A stretch of 39,798 nt of DNA from an uncultured Clostridia bacterium (GTDB lineage Bacteria; Bacillota; Clostridia; TANB77; CAG-508): assembly GCA_944393475.1 (NCBI GenBank), contig CALYAI010000002.1, forward strand, positions 1 to 39,798. Reading direction: 5' to 3'. The notes beneath the pieces were generated by a model. The model was given only the letters and a program-made list of their open reading frames with translations. It ran no database searches and was not told the DNA's origin. The translations under genes were made by a program, and so were the position numbers. Positions 28,762 through 37,479 of the stretch are shown here, in pieces. The stretch's first letter is position 1; the number at the start of each line of letters is the position of its first letter.

Positions 28762-29250
28762 TTAACATATTATTAATTTTATTTTTTTCTTTTCTGGAAT
28801 TATTTTCTTTATAAATACATCTACTTGTTTTCCATACTCTATTCCTTCTTGATATTCTGCCATTCCAACAAGGTTTGGTTTTAATTCTATAAAAATACCA
28901 TTTTTGTGTGACTCAGTATTTCGTATAATTCCTTTTACTTTTGTTCCTTCTTTAAATAATTTTGCATTTTCTTCCCATGTTCCAAGTAATTCTTTGTATG
29001 TAAACATTATTCTATTTTTTTCTTTATCAATACTTTTTACTTTTACATCTATTTCTTGTCCTATGGAAAATCTATCATATGGACTTTTTATCCTTGCAAC
29101 GGACATGTCTTCTATATGTAATAGTCCTACTACGCCATTTTCTAATTCTATAAATGCTCCATATGGTTGTATACTTTTTACTTTTCCTTTTACAACCATA
29201 TCTTTTTTTAAAGAATCATCAAACGGAATATATTTTTTGTAATTCATCAT
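28762..29250 (-). CDS. S1 RNA-binding domain protein (two S1/OB repeats)
   Basis: VVKGKVKSIQPYGAFIELENGVVGLLHIEDMS and VKGIIRNTESHKNGIFIELKPNLVGMAEY are S1 motifs. Confidence 0.8.
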   Translation of the reverse strand: MMNYKKYIPFDDSLKKDMVVKGKVKSIQPYGAFIELENGVVGLLHIEDMSVARIKSPYDRFSIGQEIDVKVKSIDKEKNRIMFTYKELLGTWEENAKLFKEGTKVKGIIRNTESHKNGIFIELKPNLVGMAEYQEGIEYGKQVDVFIKKIIPEKKKIKLIIC

Positions 29251-29314
29251 TATTTCCCCTTATCATTAGTATAATCTGTTATTATTATATAGTTTTCTTT
29301 TATTTTAATCAATA

Positions 29315-30052
29315 TTATTTAATTAAATCTTCTATTTCTTTTCTACTTAAATATCTATATTGACCTAATCTTAAGTCTTTTACATTTATATTTCCTATAC
29401 ATGCTCTATGTAAAGTTAAAACTTGCTTATTTATAGCTTTACACATCCTTCTTATTTGTCTATTCTTTCCTTCATGAATTTTTATTTGAAATCTAGAAAT
29501 ATTTTTAGTCTCATCAATTTTTAGAATTTTAGTTTTTGCTGGTTTTGTAGTATATCCACCTATATCCACACCATTTTGCAATTCTTTCATGTCTTGATCT
29601 GTAATCTTCCCTCTTACTGTAACGTTGTATGTCTTTTCTATTTCATGGCTTGGATGTGTTATTATATTTACAAATTCTCCATCATTTGAAAGTAATAATG
29701 CCCCAGATGTATACATATCCAACCTTCCTACAGGCACAACTCTTTCTTTTACATTTTTTAATAAATCCATTACTGTATCTCTGTTAAATTGATCATCCAC
29801 AGTTGTTACATACCCAATTGGCTTATTTAATAATATATATACTTTCTCTTTATTTATTTTTACTTCCTTTTCATCCACTTCTACCTTGTCCTTATGTGGA
29901 TTTATTTTGCTTCCTAATTGATTTATAACACTTCCATTAACTTTTACTCTGCCATCTAAAATTAATTGCTCAGCTTTTCTTCTAGAAGCTATTCCATTAT
30001 CTGCTAAAAATTTTTGAAGTCTAACTTCGTTTTTTTCTTGCATTTTTTTCAC
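29315..30052 (-). CDS. rluB: rRNA pseudouridine synthase, RsuA/RluB family
   Basis: An S4 domain (RLQKFLADNGIASRRKAEQLILDGRVKVNG) is followed by the catalytic VGRLDMYTSGALLLSNDG and HEGKNRQIRRM. Confidence 0.85.
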   Translation of the reverse strand: MKKMQEKNEVRLQKFLADNGIASRRKAEQLILDGRVKVNGSVINQLGSKINPHKDKVEVDEKEVKINKEKVYILLNKPIGYVTTVDDQFNRDTVMDLLKNVKERVVPVGRLDMYTSGALLLSNDGEFVNIITHPSHEIEKTYNVTVRGKITDQDMKELQNGVDIGGYTTKPAKTKILKIDETKNISRFQIKIHEGKNRQIRRMCKAINKQVLTLHRACIGNINVKDLRLGQYRYLSRKEIEDLIK

Positions 30053-30160
30053 CTTTTTATGTATATTTTATTTTTTATTTGCATATTATATATTATAATA
30101 TTAGTTTTTAATTTTCTTTTTATTCTGTTTTTAATGGAGTAAAAAGATTTATATAGATCT

Positions 30161-30188
30161 TCCAGTACTGTTCTAGTACTGGATTTTT
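30161..30188. terminator. hairpin just 3' of rluD (weak terminator candidate)
   Basis: TCCAGTACT-(gttct)-AGTACTGGA is 9 bp. The T-run directly follows only on the plus strand. On the minus strand a second short hairpin and then TTTTT follow. Confidence 0.3.
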
Positions 30189-31116
30189 AAATTTCTATTT
30201 TTCTGCTTTCTAATTGTTTTAAAATCTCATTAAAATATTTTGGTATTGGTGCCTCTACAATCATTTTATTTCCTGTTGTTGGATGTTTAAATTCTATACA
30301 TTTTGCATGTAACATTTGCCCCTCTACATTAAATTCATTTTTACCATTTGAATATACCATATCTCCAACAATTGGATATCCTATTTTTGATAAATGCACT
30401 CTAATTTGATGTGTTCTTCCTGTTTCTATATTCACTTCTAACAAGCTGTATCCTTGATATCTCTGAATAACTTTAAAATGAGTTATTGCACTTTTTCCGT
30501 CTTTATCAACATCCATTTTTTTTCTATCTTTTTTGCTTCTTGCTATTGGCATGTCTATTGTTGCCTCGTTATCTTTTACAATACCTTTAACCAAAGCAAT
30601 ATATGTCTTTTTTACACTATGTTCTTTTATTTGCTCAGAAAGATTAACATGTGCCTTATCATTTTTGGCAACAATTATTACTCCAGAAGTATCTTTATCA
30701 AGTCTATGTACAATACCTGGTCTTTTTTCTCCACCAATTCCAGATAAGGAATCTTTGCATTTATATAATAAAGCATTTACTAATGTTCCTGTATAATTAC
30801 CATTTGCAGGATGTACAACCATTCCCTTTGCTTTATTTACTATAATAATATCATCATCTTCATACAAAATATCCAAATCAATATCTTCTGGAATAATTTC
30901 TGTATCTGTAACTTCTGGTATTTCTATAGAAATAATATCATTTACTCTTACTTTATATGATGGCTTTTCTTTTTTATTATTTACTAATATTTTTCCTTCT
31001 TCTATTAATCTTTGAGCCATCATCCTTGTTATATTGTTATTTAAAATAGGTACTATTTTGTCAATTCTAAAATTAACATTTTCCTCTCCTATTTTATATT
31101 TTTCCACTTTTATCAT
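30187..31116 (-). CDS. rluD: 23S rRNA pseudouridine synthase, RluA family (RluD-like)
   Basis: It has an N-terminal S4-like domain, HRLDKDTSGVIIVAKN and GRTHQIRVH. Confidence 0.88.
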   Translation of the reverse strand: MIKVEKYKIGEENVNFRIDKIVPILNNNITRMMAQRLIEEGKILVNNKKEKPSYKVRVNDIISIEIPEVTDTEIIPEDIDLDILYEDDDIIIVNKAKGMVVHPANGNYTGTLVNALLYKCKDSLSGIGGEKRPGIVHRLDKDTSGVIIVAKNDKAHVNLSEQIKEHSVKKTYIALVKGIVKDNEATIDMPIARSKKDRKKMDVDKDGKSAITHFKVIQRYQGYSLLEVNIETGRTHQIRVHLSKIGYPIVGDMVYSNGKNEFNVEGQMLHAKCIEFKHPTTGNKMIVEAPIPKYFNEILKQLESRKIEI

Positions 31117-31666
31117 CCTTTTCTTTTATTCTTTCCATTCTTACATTATTTGCATATATAGCAAAAAACAGTGCCAATAATATCCAACCTAAAACTATTA
31201 AAATATCTGCTATATTAAAATTAGGAAAATTTATTAATCCAGATATATCTATAAAATCCACAACATATCCTTTAAATAACCTATCTATTAAATTTCCAAA
31301 TCCCCCAGCAAGCACCATTGCAATTGCAAAACCAGTTTTTTTATCTATTTGGTTCGCCTGCATACTTACAAATTTTATTATTATTCCTAAAACAATTATA
31401 TTTGCTACAATAAACGAAAATGTACTATTTTGCCCTATACCAAAAGCTCCACCTCTATTTTGAACTGTGTGAAATTTTAGGATTTCTGGTATTATTATTA
31501 TATCTTTGTTTACAAAAGCAAACTTTGTTATTTGGTCTATTAATAAAAATATTAAAACAATTATAAATATCTTTCTAAACACTTTCTGTTTAGCTATTTT
31601 TTCTCTTTCTTCTCTTTCTTTTATTTGCTTTGCTAAAGAACTAGTAGAATTTTTCTCTTCTTCCAT
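31094..31666 (-). CDS. lspA: lipoprotein signal peptidase II
   Basis: NRGGAFG, GGFGNLIDRL..GYVVDFI and FNIADI are present. It has a ~30-aa charged N-terminal extension. Its 3' end overlaps the rluD start by 23 nt. Confidence 0.88.
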   Translation of the reverse strand: MEEEKNSTSSLAKQIKEREEREKIAKQKVFRKIFIIVLIFLLIDQITKFAFVNKDIIIIPEILKFHTVQNRGGAFGIGQNSTFSFIVANIIVLGIIIKFVSMQANQIDKKTGFAIAMVLAGGFGNLIDRLFKGYVVDFIDISGLINFPNFNIADILIVLGWILLALFFAIYANNVRMERIKEKDDKSGKI

Positions 31667-31674
31667 ATGTCCTC

Positions 31675-33327
31675 CTATTCAACATTTCTTTCGTATATTA
31701 CAAAACGCTCATCTGAGTATAATTCTTTATATTCATAATTTCTAGATAAAAATAAATTCAATTTAGCATTTTTAAAACATATAACATGTGTAATATCATA
31801 ATCTTCAAATTTATTTTCATAATATGTCCCTATATTTGAAATATTTAAAAAGTCATCAAAAACTGTGCATCCAGGGTTAAATTCAGGAGTATATAAATCC
31901 GCTCTAGAATCTATAAATACTGGTATTCCTCTAAATAGCATATAACTTCCGTAATTATATTCATTATATATTCTTATATTATTTATATCTAAATTAGCTA
32001 ATATATAGTCACATGCTTCTACAGGGTATGAAGATTCATCAACATAAGTGTCATCTTTCTTTGGTTTATATATGTTTGTACTTATAATTATAACAATACA
32101 CAATGTAATTACTATTCCATATAATCCTGTCATTTCTTTAAATAGTCTTTTCATATCATCCATACATTTATATTTTCTAAAGAATGCTAATACCAGCTTG
32201 CAATATATTGGCATTCCTAGTAATACCAATATTGATGTCTGCCTTCTTGACATTAAAGCTAATATTACTAATCCTCCAAACATAAATAAATCTCTTAATT
32301 TAATTTTAATATCTGTAAGCATTAATCCAGCAATTACTAGTACTATTAAAATTAAAATATCTTTTTGATTAATTAATGTTAGTGGTAAGTGTTCATTAAT
32401 ATTTTCTGTAGTATCACCCTGCATTGTATCTATTAAATATGTGTATGGCGTTGTTCCCAATGGTGTGCATAATCCTAATAAACCAGCAATTAACATTACT
32501 AAAATTAGGTATTTAATGTTTTTATTTCTTTCTATTTTTATTTTATATGGATTCTTTCTATTGCTTTCTCTTCTTTGTTTTATTTCTTCTCTCTCTTGTT
32601 CTATTTTAGCTATTTCATCTTCTATTCCTTTTACTTTTTCTTGATTTTTATTTAAGATTTTTTTCTTAACACTAAAAAGTAGTTTTTTAATTTTTAGTAC
32701 TAAATCTAAGTCAACAATTACACATATTAAATATTCTGCTATATATGGTAAGAATAGAACAAAGAAAAATGGCCAAACAGCTACATGTAAATTTGCCATT
32801 AAAACACTAATTAAGAGTAGTCCTATAGCATATCCTATTTTTCGATTTCGTATAAATCTCTCTATAAAAAATACTTCCAAAACAAATAATATAAATGTTA
32901 CTAATTGTGCTCTTGCAGTTATATATGATTTTATTAAATATATCGCTCCCAATGTAAAGATAAATGGAACAATATGATTTTTAGTCATTTTTACATTTGT
33001 AAAATATAATGCTAGTCCTAATATGCAAGTAAAAATTACTGTTGCAATATAAATAGCTGTCCATCCTCCTAAGTGATATAAGAAGTATGTCATTAAATCA
33101 TATAGCCAATGTGGATATTCATAATTTAAATTTTCATGCCAAGAAAAGTGGTCCTTCCCATCTATTCCATTCTGTGTTATTGATTCTCCAATTGCTACAC
33201 TATAATATGTATCATTTTGAAATGTTATTGGAGTTATTGCTATACAAAATACAATTATACATATAACAGCTAATATATTAAATATAAGTATTTTTTTCTT
33301 AGGTAGTTTTTCACTTTTGTTTTTCAT
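31675..33327 (-). CDS. large polytopic membrane protein, possibly a GT-C-fold glycosyltransferase
   Basis: There are at least 10 hydrophobic segments. An early extracytoplasmic loop contains TFQNDTYYSVAIGESI...HFSWHENLNYEYPHWLYD. A charged coiled-coil-like loop (KVKGIEDEIAKIEQEREEIKQRRESNRKN) and a soluble C-terminal domain follow. The family call rests on architecture only. Confidence 0.4.
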   Translation of the reverse strand: MKNKSEKLPKKKILIFNILAVICIIVFCIAITPITFQNDTYYSVAIGESITQNGIDGKDHFSWHENLNYEYPHWLYDLMTYFLYHLGGWTAIYIATVIFTCILGLALYFTNVKMTKNHIVPFIFTLGAIYLIKSYITARAQLVTFILFVLEVFFIERFIRNRKIGYAIGLLLISVLMANLHVAVWPFFFVLFLPYIAEYLICVIVDLDLVLKIKKLLFSVKKKILNKNQEKVKGIEDEIAKIEQEREEIKQRRESNRKNPYKIKIERNKNIKYLILVMLIAGLLGLCTPLGTTPYTYLIDTMQGDTTENINEHLPLTLINQKDILILIVLVIAGLMLTDIKIKLRDLFMFGGLVILALMSRRQTSILVLLGMPIYCKLVLAFFRKYKCMDDMKRLFKEMTGLYGIVITLCIVIIISTNIYKPKKDDTYVDESSYPVEACDYILANLDINNIRIYNEYNYGSYMLFRGIPVFIDSRADLYTPEFNPGCTVFDDFLNISNIGTYYENKFEDYDITHVICFKNAKLNLFLSRNYEYKELYSDERFVIYERNVE

Positions 33328-33363
33328 ATAAATGATCTCCTTTATTTAAGATATTGCCATTAT

Positions 33364-33393
33364 AACAAAAAAAGACTAAAAATAATAGTCTTT
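33364..33393 (-). terminator. intrinsic terminator after the SSB-like gene
   Basis: The hairpin AAAGACTA-(7 nt)-TAGTCTTT is followed by a T-run on the minus strand. Confidence 0.5.
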
Positions 33394-33412
33394 TTAGTCT
33401 TCTTTTTATTTA

Positions 33413-34078
33413 TTATATAACCTCTTTATTTTCTTCCTTCTCTTCTTCTTCATTTACTATTTCTAAACTACTTATAGATACTTCATATGCTGTTCTAGTT
33501 TGTGTAGTTCCATCAGCTAATTTTTTCTCATAATTTCTTGATTGAACTCTACCTGTTATTTTTACCTTTGTTCCAACCTCTATATTTTGGCAAAATCTTG
33601 CATTTCTTCCCCATGCAATTGCAGGTATGTAATCAGATTTATTATATGCTCTATTTACTGCTAATAAAATATCTGATATTTCTCTTCCGAATGGTGTTTG
33701 ACGATAAATTGGTTTTTTACAGATAAATCCAATTAATGTAACTTCATTTGAAACTTTTTCGCTTGACTCTTCTTCAGATATATATCTAATATCTTTAGCG
33801 AAAACTGTTAAAATTAATCTGTTCTTTTCATTTTCGTAACTATTGTAAGATCTAAATTGTCCTTCTATCGCTACTTTGTCTCCGATTTCTAATTCTTTTT
33901 CTAAAATTAATCTTTCTGAAATTGTTATTGGAATAATGTCCGCATTTCCACTTAAACGAGGAACTTCTAGATTAAATACGTAAAAACTTTCACCATAAAT
34001 TTCGTGACTAAAAACTTTTTCACTTGTAACCTTTCCAACCAATACTAAATGGTTATTTTCTAAATAATTCGTGTTCAA
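33413..34078 (-). CDS. single-stranded DNA-binding-like protein with two tandem OB folds and an acidic tail
   Basis: Two OB-like halves are present (LVLVGKV...IEGQFRSYN and VTLIGFI...ITGRVQSRNYE). The acidic C-terminus is NEEEEKEENKEVI. The track's ATG at 34093 is followed by GGAGGA and has no RBS of its own. A TTG at 34078, 7 nt after GGAGG, is preferred. Confidence 0.55.
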   Translation of the reverse strand: MNTNYLENNHLVLVGKVTSEKVFSHEIYGESFYVFNLEVPRLSGNADIIPITISERLILEKELEIGDKVAIEGQFRSYNSYENEKNRLILTVFAKDIRYISEEESSEKVSNEVTLIGFICKKPIYRQTPFGREISDILLAVNRAYNKSDYIPAIAWGRNARFCQNIEVGTKVKITGRVQSRNYEKKLADGTTQTRTAYEVSISSLEIVNEEEEKEENKEVI

Positions 34079-34218
34079 TTTTTTTCCTCCCATACTAATT
34101 ATATTTTATCTATCGTTTTCTTTTATGTTTTTTCCTCTTATAAATGTCCCGATATACCTATTATACTACATTTTTTTGGGTTTGTCTACATAAAAAGTTA
34201 TTTTTTGGATATTTATGT

Positions 34219-34386
34219 TTATTTTTCTTGTAAAATTATGTCATTTCTAGCTCCATTTATTACCATATTAGAAGTCGATACCACTTGATTATCCTCATAA
34301 GTAGAAGCTACACAGTATAAAACAACTATTGTGAATACTGTTACTACATATGCAATTATCTTTTCTTTATTTATTACATAAAACAT
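34219..34386 (-). CDS. small membrane protein, 55 aa (below the ORF-track cutoff)
   Basis: My hand translation reads MFYVINKEKIIAYVVTVFTIVVLYCVASTYEDNQVVSTSNMVINGARNDIILQEK. A GGAGGA RBS lies 7 nt before the ATG. It has one clear TM helix. Confidence 0.5.
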   Translation of the reverse strand: MFYVINKEKIIAYVVTVFTIVVLYCVASTYEDNQVVSTSNMVINGARNDIILQEK

Positions 34387-34461
34387 AATAAATCCTCCTG
34401 TTTTTATAATTTATATGTCTTTATAGTTATTGATATTCCTATATTGTTTCGACTATTTTTA

Positions 34462-34488
34462 ACATTTTTCTTTGTTTTACATAATATA
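34462..34488 (+). promoter_or_regulatory. sigma-K-like promoter candidate upstream of the Cys-rich gene
   Basis: AC (34462-34463), 16 nt, then CATAATATA (34480-34488) fits the AC-N16/17-CATAnnnTA consensus known from Bacillus. The AT-rich context lowers its specificity. Confidence 0.3.
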
Positions 34489-34520
34489 TAATATAGTAAT
34501 TAAAGAAAGGATGATATATT

Positions 34521-34928
34521 ATGGATTATGATAAAAAAATTTGTCCAATAGTTGATGTAGAAGGTGTAATAGAAAATGGTAAGCAATATGATATAGATAT
34601 AACTCTTCCAGAAGATAATAGAAATGTTATATTCGGAATAGTAAGAGACTGCTATAAAGAACCCGTTCCAAATGCAATTGTAAAACTTATAGAAATTATA
34701 TATGATAATGGATGTGAAGAAAAGTTGCCTGTCACACATACTATTACTGATTGTGATGGTGAATTTGTCTTTGGTCCTTTATGCCATAACAAATCTTATG
34801 AAATACAAATATGGGTTGATAATGTAAAACATGTTAAAATATGTGCAAAATGTGATTCGAAAGATACAGAATGTTTAAAAGGTGTTAAGTTAGAGTGTTG
34901 TAATGATTGTTGTGATTGCAAAGAATAA
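34521..34928 (+). CDS. Cys-rich small protein with a carboxypeptidase-regulatory-like (CarboxypepD_reg) beta-sandwich core; possibly a spore coat or envelope protein
   Basis: VIFGIVRDCYKEPVPNAIVKL...THTITDCDGEFVFGPLCHNKSYEIQIW fits the CarboxypepD_reg pattern. The C-terminus KICAKCDSKDTECLKGVKLECCNDCCDCKE has 10 Cys in 30 aa. A strong terminator follows. Confidence 0.6.
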   Translation: MDYDKKICPIVDVEGVIENGKQYDIDITLPEDNRNVIFGIVRDCYKEPVPNAIVKLIEIIYDNGCEEKLPVTHTITDCDGEFVFGPLCHNKSYEIQIWVDNVKHVKICAKCDSKDTECLKGVKLECCNDCCDCKE

Positions 34929-34932
34929 GTAT

Positions 34933-34965
34933 AAAAAATGAAGTGCAGTAGCACTTCATTTTTTA
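34933..34965. terminator. bidirectional intrinsic terminator
   Basis: AATGAAGTGC-(agta)-GCACTTCATT is flanked by A6 and T5 runs. It lies between the convergent Cys-rich gene (+) and the 44-aa ORF (-). Confidence 0.75.
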
Positions 34966-34988
34966 TTATTTAGGAAAAAGAACCTTCC

Positions 34989-35123
34989 TTATATCCCTAA
35001 TTTTTTTGCAAATTGTTTTCCTTTTTTTATCATTTTTTTCTTTGGATTTTCTTTTTCTGTCATCATATATATTACACCTGCAGAGATTAATCCTCCAACA
35101 AGCATTCCTTTCATAAATTTCAT
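34989..35123 (-). CDS. small protein, 44 aa, YtxH-like Gly-zipper helix plus a Lys-rich tail (below the ORF-track cutoff)
   Basis: My hand translation reads MKFMKGMLVGGLISAGVIYMMTEKENPKKKMIKKGKQFAKKLGI. A GAGGGA RBS lies ~5 nt upstream. It is the last gene of the minus-strand cluster. Confidence 0.45.
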   Translation of the reverse strand: MKFMKGMLVGGLISAGVIYMMTEKENPKKKMIKKGKQFAKKLGI

Positions 35124-35146
35124 AATATCCCTCTTTTCGGTTGTTT

Positions 35147-35536
35147 TTATTTAATAATATTATCTGTATTTTTATTTTTTATATACAATTTTATATAGGA
35201 ATATATTTCATGAATAGTAATTATTACCAAAAAAAATCCAAAAAATTTTTTTAAATAATTTGAGTTTAGTTTATTAGAAATAATTGCACCAATAACTGCA
35301 CCGATTGACCCTATAAATCCAATTAATATGCCTGTTTTTATTTCTAATAATTTTTGCTTTTTATTAACATATATTGCAATAATTGCTGTTGGAATGAAAA
35401 AAATTAAATTTATTGCCTGTGCCATATGTTGTTCCATTTTTAAAAAAATTGTAAGTATTAAAATAAGTATGGTTCCTCCTCCCATTCCTAATCCACTTAC
35501 AATACCTGCAATTATACTAGCAACAAATTCAATCAT
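35147..35536 (-). CDS. TauE/SafE (TSUP, DUF81) family half-size membrane protein, C-terminal-repeat equivalent
   Basis: Four TM segments are present with the SGLGMGGGTILILIL motif. An AAGGTGG RBS overlaps the upstream stop. Confidence 0.7.
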   Translation of the reverse strand: MIEFVASIIAGIVSGLGMGGGTILILILTIFLKMEQHMAQAINLIFFIPTAIIAIYVNKKQKLLEIKTGILIGFIGSIGAVIGAIISNKLNSNYLKKFFGFFLVIITIHEIYSYIKLYIKNKNTDNIIK

Positions 35537-35544
35537 ATTCCACC

Positions 35545-35892
35545 TTAAAAAAATAATAGTTTAATAGCCGAATATCCTAAAAAAATAATAAACATTAATT
35601 TTAGTATTTTATTAGATATTTTATTTAGTAATTTTGCACCTATAAAACCACCTATAATTCCACCTAATGCACATTTTATGGCTAAGCCATAATTTATATT
35701 ATCAAATTTTAAATAAAATATGCTACTTGTAATAACCATTGGTAATATGGATAAAATAGATGTTGCTCTTGCTTTTTCTTCTGATAGACTAAATAAATAT
35801 ACATATGTTGGTACTAATACCAATCCACCACCTGATGCAAACAATCCACTAATTAATCCTGTTATAAATCCTATAACAATTTTTACTATCAT
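35545..35892 (-). CDS. TauE/SafE (TSUP, DUF81) family half-size membrane protein, N-terminal-repeat equivalent
   Basis: Four TM segments are present with the SGLFASGGGLVLVP motif. Confidence 0.7.
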   Translation of the reverse strand: MIVKIVIGFITGLISGLFASGGGLVLVPTYVYLFSLSEEKARATSILSILPMVITSSIFYLKFDNINYGLAIKCALGGIIGGFIGAKLLNKISNKILKLMFIIFLGYSAIKLLFF

Positions 35893-35925
35893 ATTATTAT
35901 TTTTCCAATTTTTATAGTTTTTATA

Positions 35926-36123
35926 CTATCTTAATATTTCTTCTGCATATTTTGTTAATTCTAGATCACATCTAAGCATTTGTCCAACAATTTCTTCTTT
36001 TAAATGTTTATCCTCTATTTGTTCTGCCAAATCAAAAAATTTTGTTAGTTCTTTCATATATCTTTTGTTTTCATATTTCCAATTATGATTTGTTTCTCGA
36101 TTTAATTTAACTTTATTTTTCAT
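35926..36123 (-). CDS. small helical hypothetical protein (65 aa)
   Basis: I prefer the ATG at 36123 because AAAGGA lies 9 nt upstream. The track's TTG at 36132 abuts that RBS. I recognise no family. Confidence 0.4.
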   Translation of the reverse strand: MKNKVKLNRETNHNWKYENKRYMKELTKFFDLAEQIEDKHLKEEIVGQMLRCDLELTKYAEEILR

Positions 36124-36170
36124 ATGTATCAATCCTTTAGTTGATTATAACCTATAAGTTAAATAATGTA

Positions 36171-36214
36171 AAGAAAAATAGCGACATGTTAAAATGTTTT
36201 TATGTCGCTATTTT
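36171..36214 (-). terminator. intrinsic terminator after rarA
   Basis: A 13-bp hairpin AAAATAGCGACAT / ATGTCGCTATTTT is followed by TTTTTCTT on the minus strand. Confidence 0.7.
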
Positions 36215-36227
36215 AATATATCTTGCT

Positions 36228-37469
36228 TTACTCTACGTTTTCATCTTTTACATAATATTTCGTTCCCAACATTTTGTCCGGTAAATATTGTTGTTCCACA
36301 TAATGACCTGGAAAATCATGTGGATATAAATATCCTTCGTGATATCCTAATGCTTCCATTCCTTCTACAGGTGCATTTCTAATATGCATTGGTATCTCTC
36401 CAGTATCTTTGTTTGCAACATCTTCTAATGCTTTGTTTATTGCTAAATATGATGCATTTGATTTTTTTGATGTTGCAACATATATCGCTGCCTCTGAAAG
36501 AATTATTCTTGCTTCTGGCATTCCAATCATATGTATTGCCTGCATTGCAGATGTTGCTACAACTAGTGCATTTGGATTTGCCATTCCTACATCTTCTGAT
36601 GCACAAATTACAATTCTTCTAGCTAAAAATACTGGATCCTCACCTCCATTTAAGGCTCTTGCTAAGTAAAACACTGCTGCATCTGGATCAGATCCCCTCA
36701 TTGATTTAATAAATGCACTTATATTATCATAATGACTATCTCCGTTCTTATCGAATACAGCTTTTCTTTCTTGTACACATTCTTTTGCAATTTCATTAGT
36801 TATATGTATATATCCATCTGATGAAATATCTGTTGTAAGCACTGCAACTTCAAGACCGTTTAATGCTGTTCTTACATCTCCGTTAGCAGTATCTGCAATT
36901 TTTTCTATTGTTTCATTAGATATTTTTATGTCATAGCTTTTTAATCCATCTTCTCTTTCCAATGACATTTTTAGAACTTTTATTATATCATTTTTGGTTA
37001 GAGGATTCAGTTTAAAAACCATTGATCTAGAAATTAAAGCTTTATTTACTTCAAAATATGGGTTTTCCGTTGTTGCGCCAATCAATATTATTGTTCCATC
37101 CTCTACATATGGTAATAGTGCATCCTGTTGTAATTTATTAAATCTGTGAATTTCATCTATAAATAATATGCTTTTTCCTTGTGGATTTAACATCATATTC
37201 TTTGTTTCTTCTATTACTCTTTTTATATCAGAAACACCCGATGTTACTGCATTTATCTTATAAAATTTATATTTTGTTGTTTCGCTTATAACTCTTGCAA
37301 GTGATGTTTTTCCACAACCAGGAGGACCAAATAAAATTATGCTGGATAATCTATCTGCTTTTATTGTTCTATATAATATTTTGTCCTTCCCTAAAATATG
37401 TTCCTGACCTACATATTCGTCCAATGTTTTTGGCCTCATTCTATAGGCTAATGGTTTGCTTAGATCCAT
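36228..37469 (-). CDS. rarA: replication-associated recombination protein A (RarA/MgsA AAA+ ATPase)
   Basis: [68 protein letters not shown] and the MgsA C-terminal domain ([29 protein letters not shown]) are all present. Confidence 0.92.
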   Translation of the reverse strand: MDLSKPLAYRMRPKTLDEYVGQEHILGKDKILYRTIKADRLSSIILFGPPGCGKTSLARVISETTKYKFYKINAVTSGVSDIKRVIEETKNMMLNPQGKSILFIDEIHRFNKLQQDALLPYVEDGTIILIGATTENPYFEVNKALISRSMVFKLNPLTKNDIIKVLKMSLEREDGLKSYDIKISNETIEKIADTANGDVRTALNGLEVAVLTTDISSDGYIHITNEIAKECVQERKAVFDKNGDSHYDNISAFIKSMRGSDPDAAVFYLARALNGGEDPVFLARRIVICASEDVGMANPNALVVATSAMQAIHMIGMPEARIILSEAAIYVATSKKSNASYLAINKALEDVANKDTGEIPMHIRNAPVEGMEALGYHEGYLYPHDFPGHYVEQQYLPDKMLGTKYYVKDENVE

Positions 37470-37479
37470 CTATATCACC

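Noticed and set aside
31577-31666. A ~30-aa charged N-terminal extension of LspA, considered as a mis-called start.
   Set aside because: There is no internal in-frame ATG, GTG or TTG with an RBS before the first TM segment. The extension is probably real but not informative.
35536-35545. Interpretation of the split TauE/SafE genes as a frameshift or nonsense pseudogene.
   Set aside because: The junction has a clean TAA followed by an AAGGTGG RBS and an ATG with proper spacing. Each half carries a complete 4-TM repeat. I therefore treated them as two genes, though a comparison with relatives is needed.
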